Shown here: positions 36,810-46,327 of the stretch, piece by piece | How positions within the stretch are numbered: position 1 is the stretch's first letter | Layout of the letters: the number at the start of each line of letters is the position of its first letter | Assembly (NCBI GenBank): GCA_003171255.1 | Contig: PMYK01000023.1 | Coordinates: forward strand, 113,945 to 177,944 | Reading direction: 5' to 3' | DNA: 64,000 nucleotides | Source of the DNA: Chloroflexota bacterium | GTDB lineage: Bacteria > Chloroflexota > Limnocylindria > Limnocylindrales > CSP1-4 | Made by a program: the position numbers and the translations under genes | Notes under the pieces: model-generated | What the model saw: only the letters and a program-made list of their open reading frames with translations | Database searches by the model: none | Told to the model about the DNA's origin: nothing

Positions 36810-39401
36810 TCAGGCCACCCAGGGCTTGTGGCGAACGGCTCGGTAGACCTCGGCGATCAGGGCCGGCGCAAGGGCGATTCCGCCCACCAGCAGCCAGTCC
36901 TTGGCGTCGAGGGGCGTGGCCTGGAAGGCATCCTGGAGGGGCGGCACGAACGGGATGACAATCTGGATGGCCACGCATACGATCCCACCCGCGAGCAGCA
37001 GGGCGTTCGGGCGGCGCAACAGGACCGGGTAGGCAAGGCTGCGATTGGCATTCGCTCGCACAACCTGGCCAACCACAAGCGCCGTGTAGGCGAGCCAGCG
37101 GGCGTGCTCGAAGTCGGGGCTATGCTGCTCGATCAAGATCAGGGCGGCCACCGCGCTGAAGCCGCCGGCCAGGCATATTCGAGCCAGGATGGACCAGTCG
37201 AGAAGCGGCTTCGTGCGTGGCCGGGGGGGCCTCAGCATCGACCCCGGCTCCTCCGCCTCGCCCTCGAAAGAGACGGCCGTGAGAAGGTCGATGAAGACCT
37301 CGAGCCACAGGATCTGGATCGGCAGCAGGGGCTGGCTGAAGCCGGCGACCGTAGCGATGAGAATGAACCCGAGCATCGCCACGTGGGTCGAAATCAGAAA
37401 GACGAGCCCCTTCTGCACGTTGGCCACCAGCCGACGGCCTTCGCGCAACCCGTACATCAGCGTGACGAACGAGTCGTCGCCGAGGACCAGGTCCGATGCC
37501 TCGCGGGCGACGGCGGTGCCACTGCCCATCGCCACGGCGACGTCGGCGTGGTGCAGGGCCGGGGCATCGTTCACGCCGTCGCCGGTTACGGCCACGGTCC
37601 GATTGGAGCGGCGAGCGACGTCGACGATCCGCAGCTTCTGCTCTGGGATCGCCCGGGCGACGATATTGAGTCGGGGCAGCTCAGCGGCCAACCGCTCGTC
37701 GTCCCAGGTGTCGAGTTCGGTGCCGGTCACGACGCGCTCGTTGGGCAACCCCGCGTCCGCCGCGATCGCCGCGGCAGTCGTGGGGTGGTCGCCGGTGACG
37801 ACGAGTGGTTGGATACCGGCCTCGACCGCCATCGCCATGGCCTCGCGGATCCCGGCTCGGATCCGGTCGGCGAAGCCCACCAGGCCCAGCGGCAGCCACG
37901 CCTTGTCCTCGACCCGGCGCGCCAGCAGCAGCAGCCGCTCGCCGGCCTCGGCGCCGGCTTCGATGAGATCGTGCCACTCGGCGGCCTCCCGGCGCCCGAG
38001 CCCCGCGCACATCTCCAGGACGGCTTCGGGAGCCCCCAGTGCCAGCTCCTCCACGGATTCCGCTCCGTTGGGGTCGTGACGACGGGCTCGAGTGCGCGAG
38101 TAGTGGCGCTCATCGCTCACCGGATCCGCGTCCAGCAGGTCGGCCGGGTCAAGGTCGAGGACGATCGCCTGGTCCGACAGGAACCCAAACAGCGAACGGC
38201 TGAATGAGCCGGGCTTACTGCCAGTGGCAACGCTCCATGCGTCCTCCTCGGCCCGGACGGCCAGGGTGGCAAGCTCGACCACGCGGCTGCGATCCTCCAC
38301 GACACCCTTCGGCGTCCGGATGGTCGTCAGCGCCAGTCGGTTCTCGGTGAGCGTGCCGGTCTTGTCCGTGACGATCAGGTCCACGGAACCGAGCGTCTCC
38401 TGCGCCGACAGCCGGCGCACCAGCACGTTCATCCGCAGGAGCCGGTAGGCCCCCAGACCGAGAACCACGGCTACAAGGGCCGGTGGCTCCTCCGGGATCG
38501 CGGCAATTGCCGCCGACACGCCCGCCAGGAGGTTCTTGCCGGGCTCATTGCCGCGCAGGAACCCAAGGCCCACGACGATGGCTATCAGGCCGATGGCGAC
38601 GAAGAGCAGCAGCCTGACGAGGCGATCCAGCTCTCGTTGCAGAGGCGATCGACGCCGTTCGCGCCCACCCAGCGCCGTTGAGATGCGACCGAACTCTGTG
38701 GCAACCCCAGTGGCGACGACCACGCCCTCGCCCCGTCCGCCCACCACGGCGGTCCCGCCATAGGCAATCGCCCGGCAGTCGGCCAGGGCTGCACCCTCCG
38801 GATCAGGTTCCGTAGACCCGGGCTCGGGCAACGACTCGCCTGTCAGGGCGCTCCGGTCAAAGGAGATCGACTCGGCCCGGATGAGCCGCAGGTCGGCCGG
38901 TACGACGTCCCCGGTCCGGAGCAAGACCAGATCGCCCGGCACCAGTTCGCGGGTGGGTACGTCGTCAACGCGGCCATCGCGTCTCACCCTGGCCGACGGC
39001 GCCACGGCCTCTCTCAATGTCTCGAGCGCCTTCTCGCCGCGGTATTCGGTGATCACGCCCGCGCCTACGATCGGAGCCAGGATGACCAGCACGAGGATCC
39101 CGTCGCGAACCTCGTTGAGGGCGATGGCCAGGCAGCCGGCGATGAACAGCAGAACGACGAACGGCTCGCGAGCACCATCCCAGAAGAGCCGCAGCAGCGA
39201 CGTCTTCTTGCCCGACTCAAGCTCATTTGGACCGAACTCGGCGAGCCGGACCGAAGTCTGATCAGATGTGAGGCCACGGGCGGGATCCGTGCCGAGAGCC
39301 TCGAGAACGGAGTCGGCCGGAAGCTGTGCAGCTCGACCAGATAGATCGACGGAGGGACGGGCCGAGGTCTGGCCCGGACGCCCTGGGGCGGCGGGATTCA
39401 T
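36810..39401 (-). CDS. Cation-transporting P-type ATPase (P2/P3-like, Ca2+/Mg2+ type)
   Basis: Phosphorylation motif DKTGTLT, TGES, hinge VTGDGVNDAPAL, 10 TM helices. Confidence 0.85.
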   Translation of the reverse strand: MNPAAPGRPGQTSARPSVDLSGRAAQLPADSVLEALGTDPARGLTSDQTSVRLAEFGPNELESGKKTSLLRLFWDGAREPFVVLLFIAGCLAIALNEVRDGILVLVILAPIVGAGVITEYRGEKALETLREAVAPSARVRRDGRVDDVPTRELVPGDLVLLRTGDVVPADLRLIRAESISFDRSALTGESLPEPGSTEPDPEGAALADCRAIAYGGTAVVGGRGEGVVVATGVATEFGRISTALGGRERRRSPLQRELDRLVRLLLFVAIGLIAIVVGLGFLRGNEPGKNLLAGVSAAIAAIPEEPPALVAVVLGLGAYRLLRMNVLVRRLSAQETLGSVDLIVTDKTGTLTENRLALTTIRTPKGVVEDRSRVVELATLAVRAEEDAWSVATGSKPGSFSRSLFGFLSDQAIVLDLDPADLLDADPVSDERHYSRTRARRHDPNGAESVEELALGAPEAVLEMCAGLGRREAAEWHDLIEAGAEAGERLLLLARRVEDKAWLPLGLVGFADRIRAGIREAMAMAVEAGIQPLVVTGDHPTTAAAIAADAGLPNERVVTGTELDTWDDERLAAELPRLNIVARAIPEQKLRIVDVARRSNRTVAVTGDGVNDAPALHHADVAVAMGSGTAVAREASDLVLGDDSFVTLMYGLREGRRLVANVQKGLVFLISTHVAMLGFILIATVAGFSQPLLPIQILWLEVFIDLLTAVSFEGEAEEPGSMLRPPRPRTKPLLDWSILARICLAGGFSAVAALILIEQHSPDFEHARWLAYTALVVGQVVRANANRSLAYPVLLRRPNALLLAGGIVCVAIQIVIPFVPPLQDAFQATPLDAKDWLLVGGIALAPALIAEVYRAVRHKPWVA

Positions 39402-39485
39402 GGCAACCCACGCAATCGAGCCGGGTCCGCTGCTCCGTGATCACGCTGGTGGGCGTCCGCCCCGACGCCGCCCCTAGAATGAGGC

Positions 39486-39836
39486 ATGAGCCAGAGTCCC
39501 GCAAACAAGCCAACCAGCATCAAGGCGGACCGCGAAGCCGGCCTGGTCACGATCGATTGGTCGGACGGTCATCGCACCGAGTTCGACGTCGTGACCCTTC
39601 GACTGCTTTGCCCGTGTGCCTTCTGTCAGGGCGAGGGCGGACGACCCGGCTGGCTCGACACCAACCCGACGCTTACGCCGGTCCAGACGCAACTCGTGGA
39701 CATGCGGCTCATCGGCTCCTACGCCCTGGCGCCGACGTGGGCCGATGGTCACGACACGGGCTACTACACGTACGAGGCGCTCCGGGCCAACTGCCCGTGC
39801 CCCACCTGCTCGGCGACGCGGGCGAGCGGGGTATAG
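39486..39836 (+). CDS. DUF971 family protein (gamma-butyrobetaine hydroxylase-like N-terminal zinc-ribbon domain)
   Basis: LVTIDWSDGHRTEFDVVTLRLLCPCAFC and second CPCPTC motif, typical of DUF971. Confidence 0.7.
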   Translation: MSQSPANKPTSIKADREAGLVTIDWSDGHRTEFDVVTLRLLCPCAFCQGEGGRPGWLDTNPTLTPVQTQLVDMRLIGSYALAPTWADGHDTGYYTYEALRANCPCPTCSATRASGV

Positions 39837-39888
39837 AGATGCAACCACTCGACCCAGCCGTCGCCATGAAACCTTCGGAGGAGATCGA

Positions 39889-40236
39889 ATGATCGTCACC
39901 ACAACCCCGTACGCAGCCGGCTATCGCGTCACCGAGGTCAAGGGCCAGGTCTTCGGGCTGGTCGTGCGGAGCCGCGGTTTGGCCGGCAACTTCGCGGCGG
40001 GTCTACGATCGCTCGTCGGCGGCGAGATCCACGAGTACACCCAGCTGCTCGAAGACACGCGCCGCCAGGCCCTCGACCGGATGGTCCAGAACGCGACTCT
40101 CATGGGAGCCAACGCGGTCCTGTCGATGCGTTTCGACTCGTCCGAGATCGGCACCTCGATGTCCGAGATCGTGGCCTACGGGACCGCGATGGTAGTGGTT
40201 CCCGATGCCGAGGGCGGCCGCCCGACTAACGAGTAG
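39889..40236 (+). CDS. YbjQ/UPF0145 family protein (putative heavy-metal-binding domain)
   Basis: ATG 39889 with GGAGGAG 5 nt upstream; family motifs TTTPYAAGYRVTEVKGQVFGLVVRSRG ... EIVAYGTAV. Confidence 0.75.
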   Translation: MIVTTTPYAAGYRVTEVKGQVFGLVVRSRGLAGNFAAGLRSLVGGEIHEYTQLLEDTRRQALDRMVQNATLMGANAVLSMRFDSSEIGTSMSEIVAYGTAMVVVPDAEGGRPTNE

Positions 40237-40359
40237 CACCGTCACGGGCTCGGTGGGGCTACCGCAAGACCGCGGCAGCTCCACCGGCTCGAGCCACGCC
40301 CGTTCTTCTGAGCGTGGCTCGACCAGGCCGCCGCCAGGGCGGGTGGCACTGAGGCAGGA

Positions 40360-40707
40360 ATGCTCCATTCATCGATACGGATACTCAGCTTCGTTTTGGG
40401 GCTGCTGTTCTTCCTGGGCGGCCTGGCGATGCTGTCCACGAACTCGCCAGAGGCGCCCACAGGCCTCTGGGGGATCGTCATCGGCATCGCGGCGATGGTT
40501 ACGTCCGTGCTCCAGAGGACGCGCTATCGCTCTATCGCCGCGGAGCGAAGCAACGCCGAGCCGGGCCCCGGTGGAGGCGAGGTCGGCTACATGGAGCCGC
40601 GCTTCGCGCCTACCACAGAGGTATTCACGGACCCAACCAGCCACTGCTTGATGCGCGTCTACATGGATCCACGAACGGGCGAGCGTCGCTATCGGGCCGA
40701 GGGCTGA
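40360..40707 (+). CDS. Hypothetical membrane protein (two TM helices)
   Basis: ORF with a hydrophobic N-terminal half; no family recognised; weak RBS. Confidence 0.35.
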   Translation: MLHSSIRILSFVLGLLFFLGGLAMLSTNSPEAPTGLWGIVIGIAAMVTSVLQRTRYRSIAAERSNAEPGPGGGEVGYMEPRFAPTTEVFTDPTSHCLMRVYMDPRTGERRYRAEG

Positions 40708-40871
40708 GGCTGGATCCGCCGGTCGAGCTCCGTTCGCGACTCCCGGGCAGAATATCGCCCCACGATGTCAGGGACCCCCGCCTATTGCGGTCGCGCGCCG
40801 ACTGTTGAGAATGGGCCGATACACTCCCCCAGTCGTCTGGCACCAGTACCTCGAGGCGCACGGACAAACAG

Positions 40872-43037
40872 GTGACCGCAATCATCCGCAGGACAGCCGC
40901 CAGGCCCGCGCCCCCCAAGGGCGAGGCTGGTTCGGCGTTCCCGTACATCAACCGTGAGCTGAGCTCCCTGGAGTTCAACCACCGTGTCCTGTACGAGGCC
41001 GGCGATGAGCGGAATCCGTTGCTGGAGCGGATCAAGTTTCTGGCCATCTTCGCCAGCAACATGGATGAGTTCTTTCAGATCCGCGTATCCGGACTGATGG
41101 AGCAGGCGGAAGCCCACGCCGTTTCGGCCACACCGGGCGAGAAGCCCGCCGCCGAGCAGCTGGCTGATATCCGGACGCGATTCCGCTCGCTGCTCGATGA
41201 GCAGCGCGAGGTCTTCGAGCGAGTCTGCCGGGAGCTTGCGACGGCCGGCATCGACATCGTCGACTACGCCGACGTGCCCGACTACCACGCGGAGCTGCGG
41301 CAGCGCTTCATCGACGAGATCTATCCCGTGCTGACGCCCCTGGCCGTGGATCCCGGCCATCCATTCCCCTATATCAGCACGTTGAGCCTCTCCATCGCAA
41401 TCCGCATGGAAGATCCCGATGAGCGGGAGGAGCGGTTCGCTCGCGTCAAGGTGCCGCCGGTTCTGCCACGTTTCCTCCAGGTCGGGCAGAGCAAGTTCGT
41501 CCTCCTCGAACAGGTCATCGCCGCCAACCTGGACATGCTCTTCTCGGGCATGACCATCCTCGAGACTCACCTGTTCCGCGTCACCCGCGATGCGGATCTG
41601 GAGCTCCAGGAGGACGAGGCTGACGACCTCATGCTGGCCCTCGAGGAGGAGCTTCGCCGACGGCGCTTCGGCGACGCAGTTCGACTCGAGGTCGACAAGG
41701 TCATGCCCGCTTCGATGCGCAGGGTCCTCGAGAAGGGCGTGGGCGTCGACCCCGCAGACTGCTACGAGATCCCCGGCATGCTCGACCACACCGGCCTCTG
41801 GCAGATCGCCGGGCTGGACCGGCCCGATCTCAAGCTGCCCCCCTACTCGCCTGTCGTGCCGTCCCGCCTGGTGCAGCTCGACGAGGACGAGCCGGCCGAT
41901 GTCTTCGCCGCGATCCGCAACGGCGACATCCTCGTCCACCATCCATACGAGAGCTTCGCGGCCTCGACGCAGCGCTTCATCACCCAGGCGGCTACGGATC
42001 CCGAAGTCCTGTCGATCAAGATGACCCTGTATCGCACGAGCGGCGACTCGCCGATCATCCGGGACCTGATTTCCGCAGCGGAACGAGGCAAGCAGGTCGT
42101 GGTCCTGGTGGAGATCAAGGCCCGTTTCGACGAAGAGGCGAACATCGTCTGGGCTCGCAAGCTCGAGCAGGCCGGCGCTCATGTCGTTTACGGACTGGTC
42201 GGCCTGAAGACGCACTCCAAGACATCGCTCGTGGTTCGCCGCGAAGGGTCGACCCTCAGGCGCTACGTCCACATCGGAACGGGGAACTACAACTCCGGCA
42301 CGGCCCGGCTGTACACGGACTTCGGGCTGCTGTCCTGTCGTCCCGAGCTCGGCGCCGACGTCAGCGACCTCTTCAACGTGCTGACCGGCCTGTCCCGGCA
42401 GCGCGACTTCAGGCGCCTCATCGTGGCCCCGATGAACCTTCGCAGCTGGATCCTCGAGATGATCCAACGCGAGACCGACCACGCCCGAGCCGGCCGGCCG
42501 GCTCGCATCATCCTGAAGTTGAACTCCCTCGTGGACCCTGCCTGCGTCGCCGGGTTGTACGAGGCGTGGCAAGCGGGAGTCCGGGTCGACCTCATCATCC
42601 GCGGCATCTGCTCCTTGTGGCCCGGCATCCCTGAGATCAGCGAGGGCATCCGCGTTCGGTCGATCGTCGGCCAGTACCTCGAGCACTCTCGGGTCTTCTC
42701 GTTCCTCAACGGCGGCGAGCCGGAGCTGTTCATCGGTTCGGCCGACCTCATGGAGCGGAACCTCGATCGCCGCGTCGAGGCGCTCGTACCCATTGAGGAC
42801 CCGGAGGCCAGGGCTCGGATCGACGCCGTGCTCGACGTGATGCTGGCAGACGACCGGCGGTCCTGGCAGCTGGGCGCCGATGGCAAGTACCACCGAACCG
42901 AAGATCTGACCGGCGCACGGGGTACCATCGACACGTTCGAGACGCTCAAGGGGCAAGCCGTCGAGATGGCGACGGCTGCGGTCGTGGCACCCCACCGACC
43001 GCATGCCGGCATGGGCTCGCTCGATCCGAGGGCATAG
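40872..43037 (+). CDS. ppk: Polyphosphate kinase 1
   Basis: PPK1 N-terminal FINRELSSLEFNHRVL, two PLD-like HxK domains, full length of about 720 aa. Confidence 0.9.
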   Translation: MTAIIRRTAARPAPPKGEAGSAFPYINRELSSLEFNHRVLYEAGDERNPLLERIKFLAIFASNMDEFFQIRVSGLMEQAEAHAVSATPGEKPAAEQLADIRTRFRSLLDEQREVFERVCRELATAGIDIVDYADVPDYHAELRQRFIDEIYPVLTPLAVDPGHPFPYISTLSLSIAIRMEDPDEREERFARVKVPPVLPRFLQVGQSKFVLLEQVIAANLDMLFSGMTILETHLFRVTRDADLELQEDEADDLMLALEEELRRRRFGDAVRLEVDKVMPASMRRVLEKGVGVDPADCYEIPGMLDHTGLWQIAGLDRPDLKLPPYSPVVPSRLVQLDEDEPADVFAAIRNGDILVHHPYESFAASTQRFITQAATDPEVLSIKMTLYRTSGDSPIIRDLISAAERGKQVVVLVEIKARFDEEANIVWARKLEQAGAHVVYGLVGLKTHSKTSLVVRREGSTLRRYVHIGTGNYNSGTARLYTDFGLLSCRPELGADVSDLFNVLTGLSRQRDFRRLIVAPMNLRSWILEMIQRETDHARAGRPARIILKLNSLVDPACVAGLYEAWQAGVRVDLIIRGICSLWPGIPEISEGIRVRSIVGQYLEHSRVFSFLNGGEPELFIGSADLMERNLDRRVEALVPIEDPEARARIDAVLDVMLADDRRSWQLGADGKYHRTEDLTGARGTIDTFETLKGQAVEMATAAVVAPHRPHAGMGSLDPRA

Positions 43038-43061
43038 CGCTCCAGGCAGCGGGGTTGGTCG

Positions 43062-44864
43062 ATGTCTACGGGCCGCAGGATTGAAGTCGAGACAAAGTTC
43101 CAGGTGGCGTCGCCCGGCGGAGCCGATCGCTACCTGGTGGCACCCGAGCTCGGCCCATTCACGCCCGCCGGACCGATCAACTCAGAACGGGTGGAGGATC
43201 GCTACGTCGACTCGCCAGACTGGGCGCTGGCTCGGGCGGGCTTCGCGGCGCGTCTGCGCAAGACGTCACACGGCACCGAGATCAGCCTCAAGGCTCTGAA
43301 CGTTTCCAGTGGACAGTTCCAACGTCGCGAGGAAATCGAGGGTCCGGCCGATGCGGGTTTGATTCCCGCTGATTGGCCCGCCTCGCAGGCCCGGAACGTG
43401 GTCATGGAGCTTTGCGGCGACGAGGCCGTAGTCGAGTTCCTGACGATACGGCAGCTGCGGCGGTCACGACCTCTGCAGGCCCGCGGCACGCGGGTCGAGT
43501 TGAGCCTCGACGAGGTCGAGATCGTGGGCGACGGGAGGGTCCTCGACAGCTTCGAGGAGCTCGAGGTCGAGTTGAAGCGAGGCGCCGAGACGCCGCTGGC
43601 CGCGCTGGCCGCCATCCTCGGGACCGATGACAGCCTGCGCCCGGTCTCGCGTTCCAAGCTCGCTCGGGGCGTGAAGGCGATCCGAGCAGCCATGCCGTCG
43701 ATGCCGCAGGATCTCCAGAAGCGCTGGCTTGAGGCACCCGCCGACCTGCTCGGGGCCAAGCCCAAGATGCGCCGCGGCGGGGCGGCCGCCGAGGACTCGA
43801 TGGCCGACGCCGAGGAGACGGCGGGCACCGAGACCGAGACCGAGCTTGCCCCAGTGGCCGAGGAGGCCACGGCTGACCCCGCAGCGGCTGACCCGGCAGC
43901 GGCCGAGCCGCCGGTCCGAACCAGACTCGGCCCTCGCACGCTCGGCGTGCTCGCCGAGGACAGCCTGCCCGAGGCCGCATGCAAGGTACTGCGATTCCAC
44001 TTCTCCAAGATGCAGCACCGCGAAGAGGGAACCCGCGCCGGCACCGACCCAGAAGAAGTCCACGATATGCGCGTCGCCACCAGGAGAATGCGGGCGGCCT
44101 GGCGCGTATTCGACGGTGCCTTCAAGTCGGGCAAGACCAAGAAGATTCGTCGGCACCTCGAGACGATCGCGGACCGGCTCGGAGTGGTGCGCGACCTGGA
44201 CGTTCTGATCGGGGGCCTCGAGGCCTACAGCAACGGCCTGGACGAGGATCATCAGCCAGGCCTCAATCCCATGCTGTCGCTCTGGCGCCGGCAGCGGTCG
44301 TCGGCTCGGAAGGAACTCATAGCCGAGCTGGATTCGGACCGATACGCGACCTTCACCACGGAGATGGACGCATTTCTGGACGCCGGGGCCAATAGCGCAG
44401 CCGCGGTGGCCACGCCGACGGCCCCGCACCGCGTCCGGGACCGCGCCGCGTCCGCGATCTGGGCCGCCTACGAGGCAGTCCGAGCCTACGAGCTGGTCCT
44501 GCCCTGGGCAGACGTGGAGACCCTGCACGACCTCAGGATCGCGACGAAGTGGCTGCGATACACGCTGGAGTTCTTCGGCGAGACGCTCGGCCCGGACTCG
44601 GCGCTTCTGCTCGAGCGAGTCGCGGCCCTGCAGGACCACCTCGGTTGCCTCAACGACGCCGATGTCGCCACGAAGCTGGCCCGCGACCTTCTGGTGGCCC
44701 GGGCCGACGAGTTGTCCACGGTGGAGTCGGAGGCGATCGGTGCCTATCTCCACTCCCGCGAGCGCGAGGTCGCCCGCCGGCGGCGGGCGCTCGGCCCGGT
44801 CTGGCGGGCAGTCGACGGGGCCCCGTTCCGCCGCGCCCTGGGTCGGGCAACGGCCGCCCTGTAG
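43062..44864 (+). CDS. CYTH-domain plus CHAD-domain protein (triphosphate tunnel metalloenzyme-like, polyphosphate-associated)
   Basis: N-terminal CYTH signature IEVETKFQV ... EISLK; C-terminal CHAD with HDMRVATRRMRAAWRVF; acidic Ala/Glu-rich linker. Confidence 0.75.
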   Translation: MSTGRRIEVETKFQVASPGGADRYLVAPELGPFTPAGPINSERVEDRYVDSPDWALARAGFAARLRKTSHGTEISLKALNVSSGQFQRREEIEGPADAGLIPADWPASQARNVVMELCGDEAVVEFLTIRQLRRSRPLQARGTRVELSLDEVEIVGDGRVLDSFEELEVELKRGAETPLAALAAILGTDDSLRPVSRSKLARGVKAIRAAMPSMPQDLQKRWLEAPADLLGAKPKMRRGGAAAEDSMADAEETAGTETETELAPVAEEATADPAAADPAAAEPPVRTRLGPRTLGVLAEDSLPEAACKVLRFHFSKMQHREEGTRAGTDPEEVHDMRVATRRMRAAWRVFDGAFKSGKTKKIRRHLETIADRLGVVRDLDVLIGGLEAYSNGLDEDHQPGLNPMLSLWRRQRSSARKELIAELDSDRYATFTTEMDAFLDAGANSAAAVATPTAPHRVRDRAASAIWAAYEAVRAYELVLPWADVETLHDLRIATKWLRYTLEFFGETLGPDSALLLERVAALQDHLGCLNDADVATKLARDLLVARADELSTVESEAIGAYLHSREREVARRRRALGPVWRAVDGAPFRRALGRATAAL

Positions 44865-44931
44865 ACTTCGGGCCATGCCAATCAGCCGCTTCCAGCGCCG
44901 CTCCGGCTGCCGTGACAAGCGCCCCTAGCCA

Positions 44932-45309
44932 ATGGACCTGATCCTGATCGGAGCTGGGGGCTTCTTCGGTGCCATCGCCCGCTATCTCGTCGATGGCTGG
45001 ATCAGCGGCAGCACCAGGGTCGGGGCCTTTCCGGCCGGCACGTTCGTCGTGAATTTGAGCGGCGCCTTCGCCCTGGGTCTGCTATTTGCACTGGCACTCG
45101 AGAAGGCGTCGATCGATCCACGCATCCGGGGGCCGGTGATGATCGGTTTCATCGGCGCCTACACGACTTTCTCAACTCTGATGCTCGAATCGTGGCGCCT
45201 GGCCGAGGACGGCAGCTGGGGCCTGGCCCTGCTCAACCTCACACTGTCGGTGGTCCTCGGCATGGGTGCCGTTTTGGCCGGTCTCACAGTCGGGAGAGCC
45301 ATCGGATGA
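44932..45309 (+). CDS. crcB: Fluoride ion channel CrcB/FluC
   Basis: Four TM helices; family motifs GGFFGAIARY ... GTFVVNLSGAF ... GAYTTFSTL. Confidence 0.85.
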   Translation: MDLILIGAGGFFGAIARYLVDGWISGSTRVGAFPAGTFVVNLSGAFALGLLFALALEKASIDPRIRGPVMIGFIGAYTTFSTLMLESWRLAEDGSWGLALLNLTLSVVLGMGAVLAGLTVGRAIG

Positions 45310-45662
45310 AGCTCGAAGGAACCGCCCTGCTGGTCCGGATCTACATCGGCGAGAGCGACCACTGGCACGGCCGGCCCCTCTATCAGGCGATCGTCGAGTT
45401 CTTGCGAGAGCGCCACATCGCCGGGGCAACGGTGCTGCGAGGCATCGAGGGCTTCGGTGCCAAGTCCCATCTGCACACGACTCGGATCCTGCGGCTCTCA
45501 GAGGACCTGTCGGTGCTGATCGAAATCGTGGACGAGGAGGGGCGCCTCCGGGCGGTTCTGCCTGACCTCGATGCCATGGTGGGTGACGGCTTGATCACCC
45601 TCGAGAAGGTCGAAGTCTTCGCCTACAGAGCGACGGCGCCGGAGGCGGCACCGAAGGGCTGA
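45306..45662 (+). CDS. DUF190 (PII-like) protein, CrcB-associated
   Basis: ATGA overlap with the crcB stop; LLVRIYIGESDHWHGRPLYQAIVEFLRERHIAGATVLRGIEGFG typical of DUF190. Confidence 0.75.
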   Translation: MKLEGTALLVRIYIGESDHWHGRPLYQAIVEFLRERHIAGATVLRGIEGFGAKSHLHTTRILRLSEDLSVLIEIVDEEGRLRAVLPDLDAMVGDGLITLEKVEVFAYRATAPEAAPKG

Positions 45663-45711
45663 CTCGCGGTTGTTTCAGGCGAGAGGCGCGGGTCGGTGGC
45701 ATGATCCGTGC

Positions 45712-46212
45712 ATGAGCGCCCACCCGGAGCTGCATCTGCATCTACTGCGCCACGCCCACGCCGGCGATCCGATGAAGTGGTCCGGGCCCGACGCCGCCAG
45801 GCCCCTCAGCGACAAGGGCCGACTCCAAGCCGAGGCCCTGGGCCTCTTCCTCGCGGAGGTCGGCTTCGAGCCGGACGCGATCGTCAGCTCGCCCAAGGCG
45901 AGAGCGCTAGAGACTGCGCGACTCGTGGCCACACCCCTGAACCTGCCGATCCGGGTCGACGACGCCCTGGGCGGACCGCTGAGCCTCGAGGCGATAGAGG
46001 AGATACTCCGGGCTTCGGGGGATCCTGCCACTCCCCTGCTGGTCGGCCACGATCCCGACTTCAGCGAGCTTGCAGCCGAACTCACCGGGATTCCTGCACT
46101 GCCCATTCGGAAGGGCGCGCTGGTGCGGATCGACCTGGTCCGACCGATCGGCGCGGGCGAGGGTGTGCTGCGCTGGCTGATCCCCCCGGACCTGCTCACG
46201 AATCGCGATTGA
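45712..46212 (+). CDS. Histidine phosphatase family protein (SixA-like phosphohistidine phosphatase)
   Basis: RHG catalytic motif LHLLRHAHAG and second His motif LLVGHDPD. Confidence 0.7.
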   Translation: MSAHPELHLHLLRHAHAGDPMKWSGPDAARPLSDKGRLQAEALGLFLAEVGFEPDAIVSSPKARALETARLVATPLNLPIRVDDALGGPLSLEAIEEILRASGDPATPLLVGHDPDFSELAAELTGIPALPIRKGALVRIDLVRPIGAGEGVLRWLIPPDLLTNRD

Positions 46213-46327
46213 CAGCCGACTGTTAGACGGCGCACCCGTTTGTATACTTGCTGTGCCAATTTGAACGGGCGATTCGCACCTGGCCATTCGGGTGACTTGA
46301 AATAAGCCGAAGCGGGAGGACCGCGAG

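Noticed and set aside
36546-38207. 553-aa plus-strand ORF
   Set aside because: Antisense to the P-type ATPase.
40782-43004. 740-aa minus-strand ORF
   Set aside because: Antisense to ppk1.
43464-44918. 484-aa minus-strand ORF
   Set aside because: Antisense to the CYTH-CHAD gene.
44865-44931. Fluoride riboswitch (crcB motif) upstream of crcB
   Set aside because: The 67-nt spacer shows none of the conserved crcB-motif blocks; by eye only, so an Rfam scan is still advisable.
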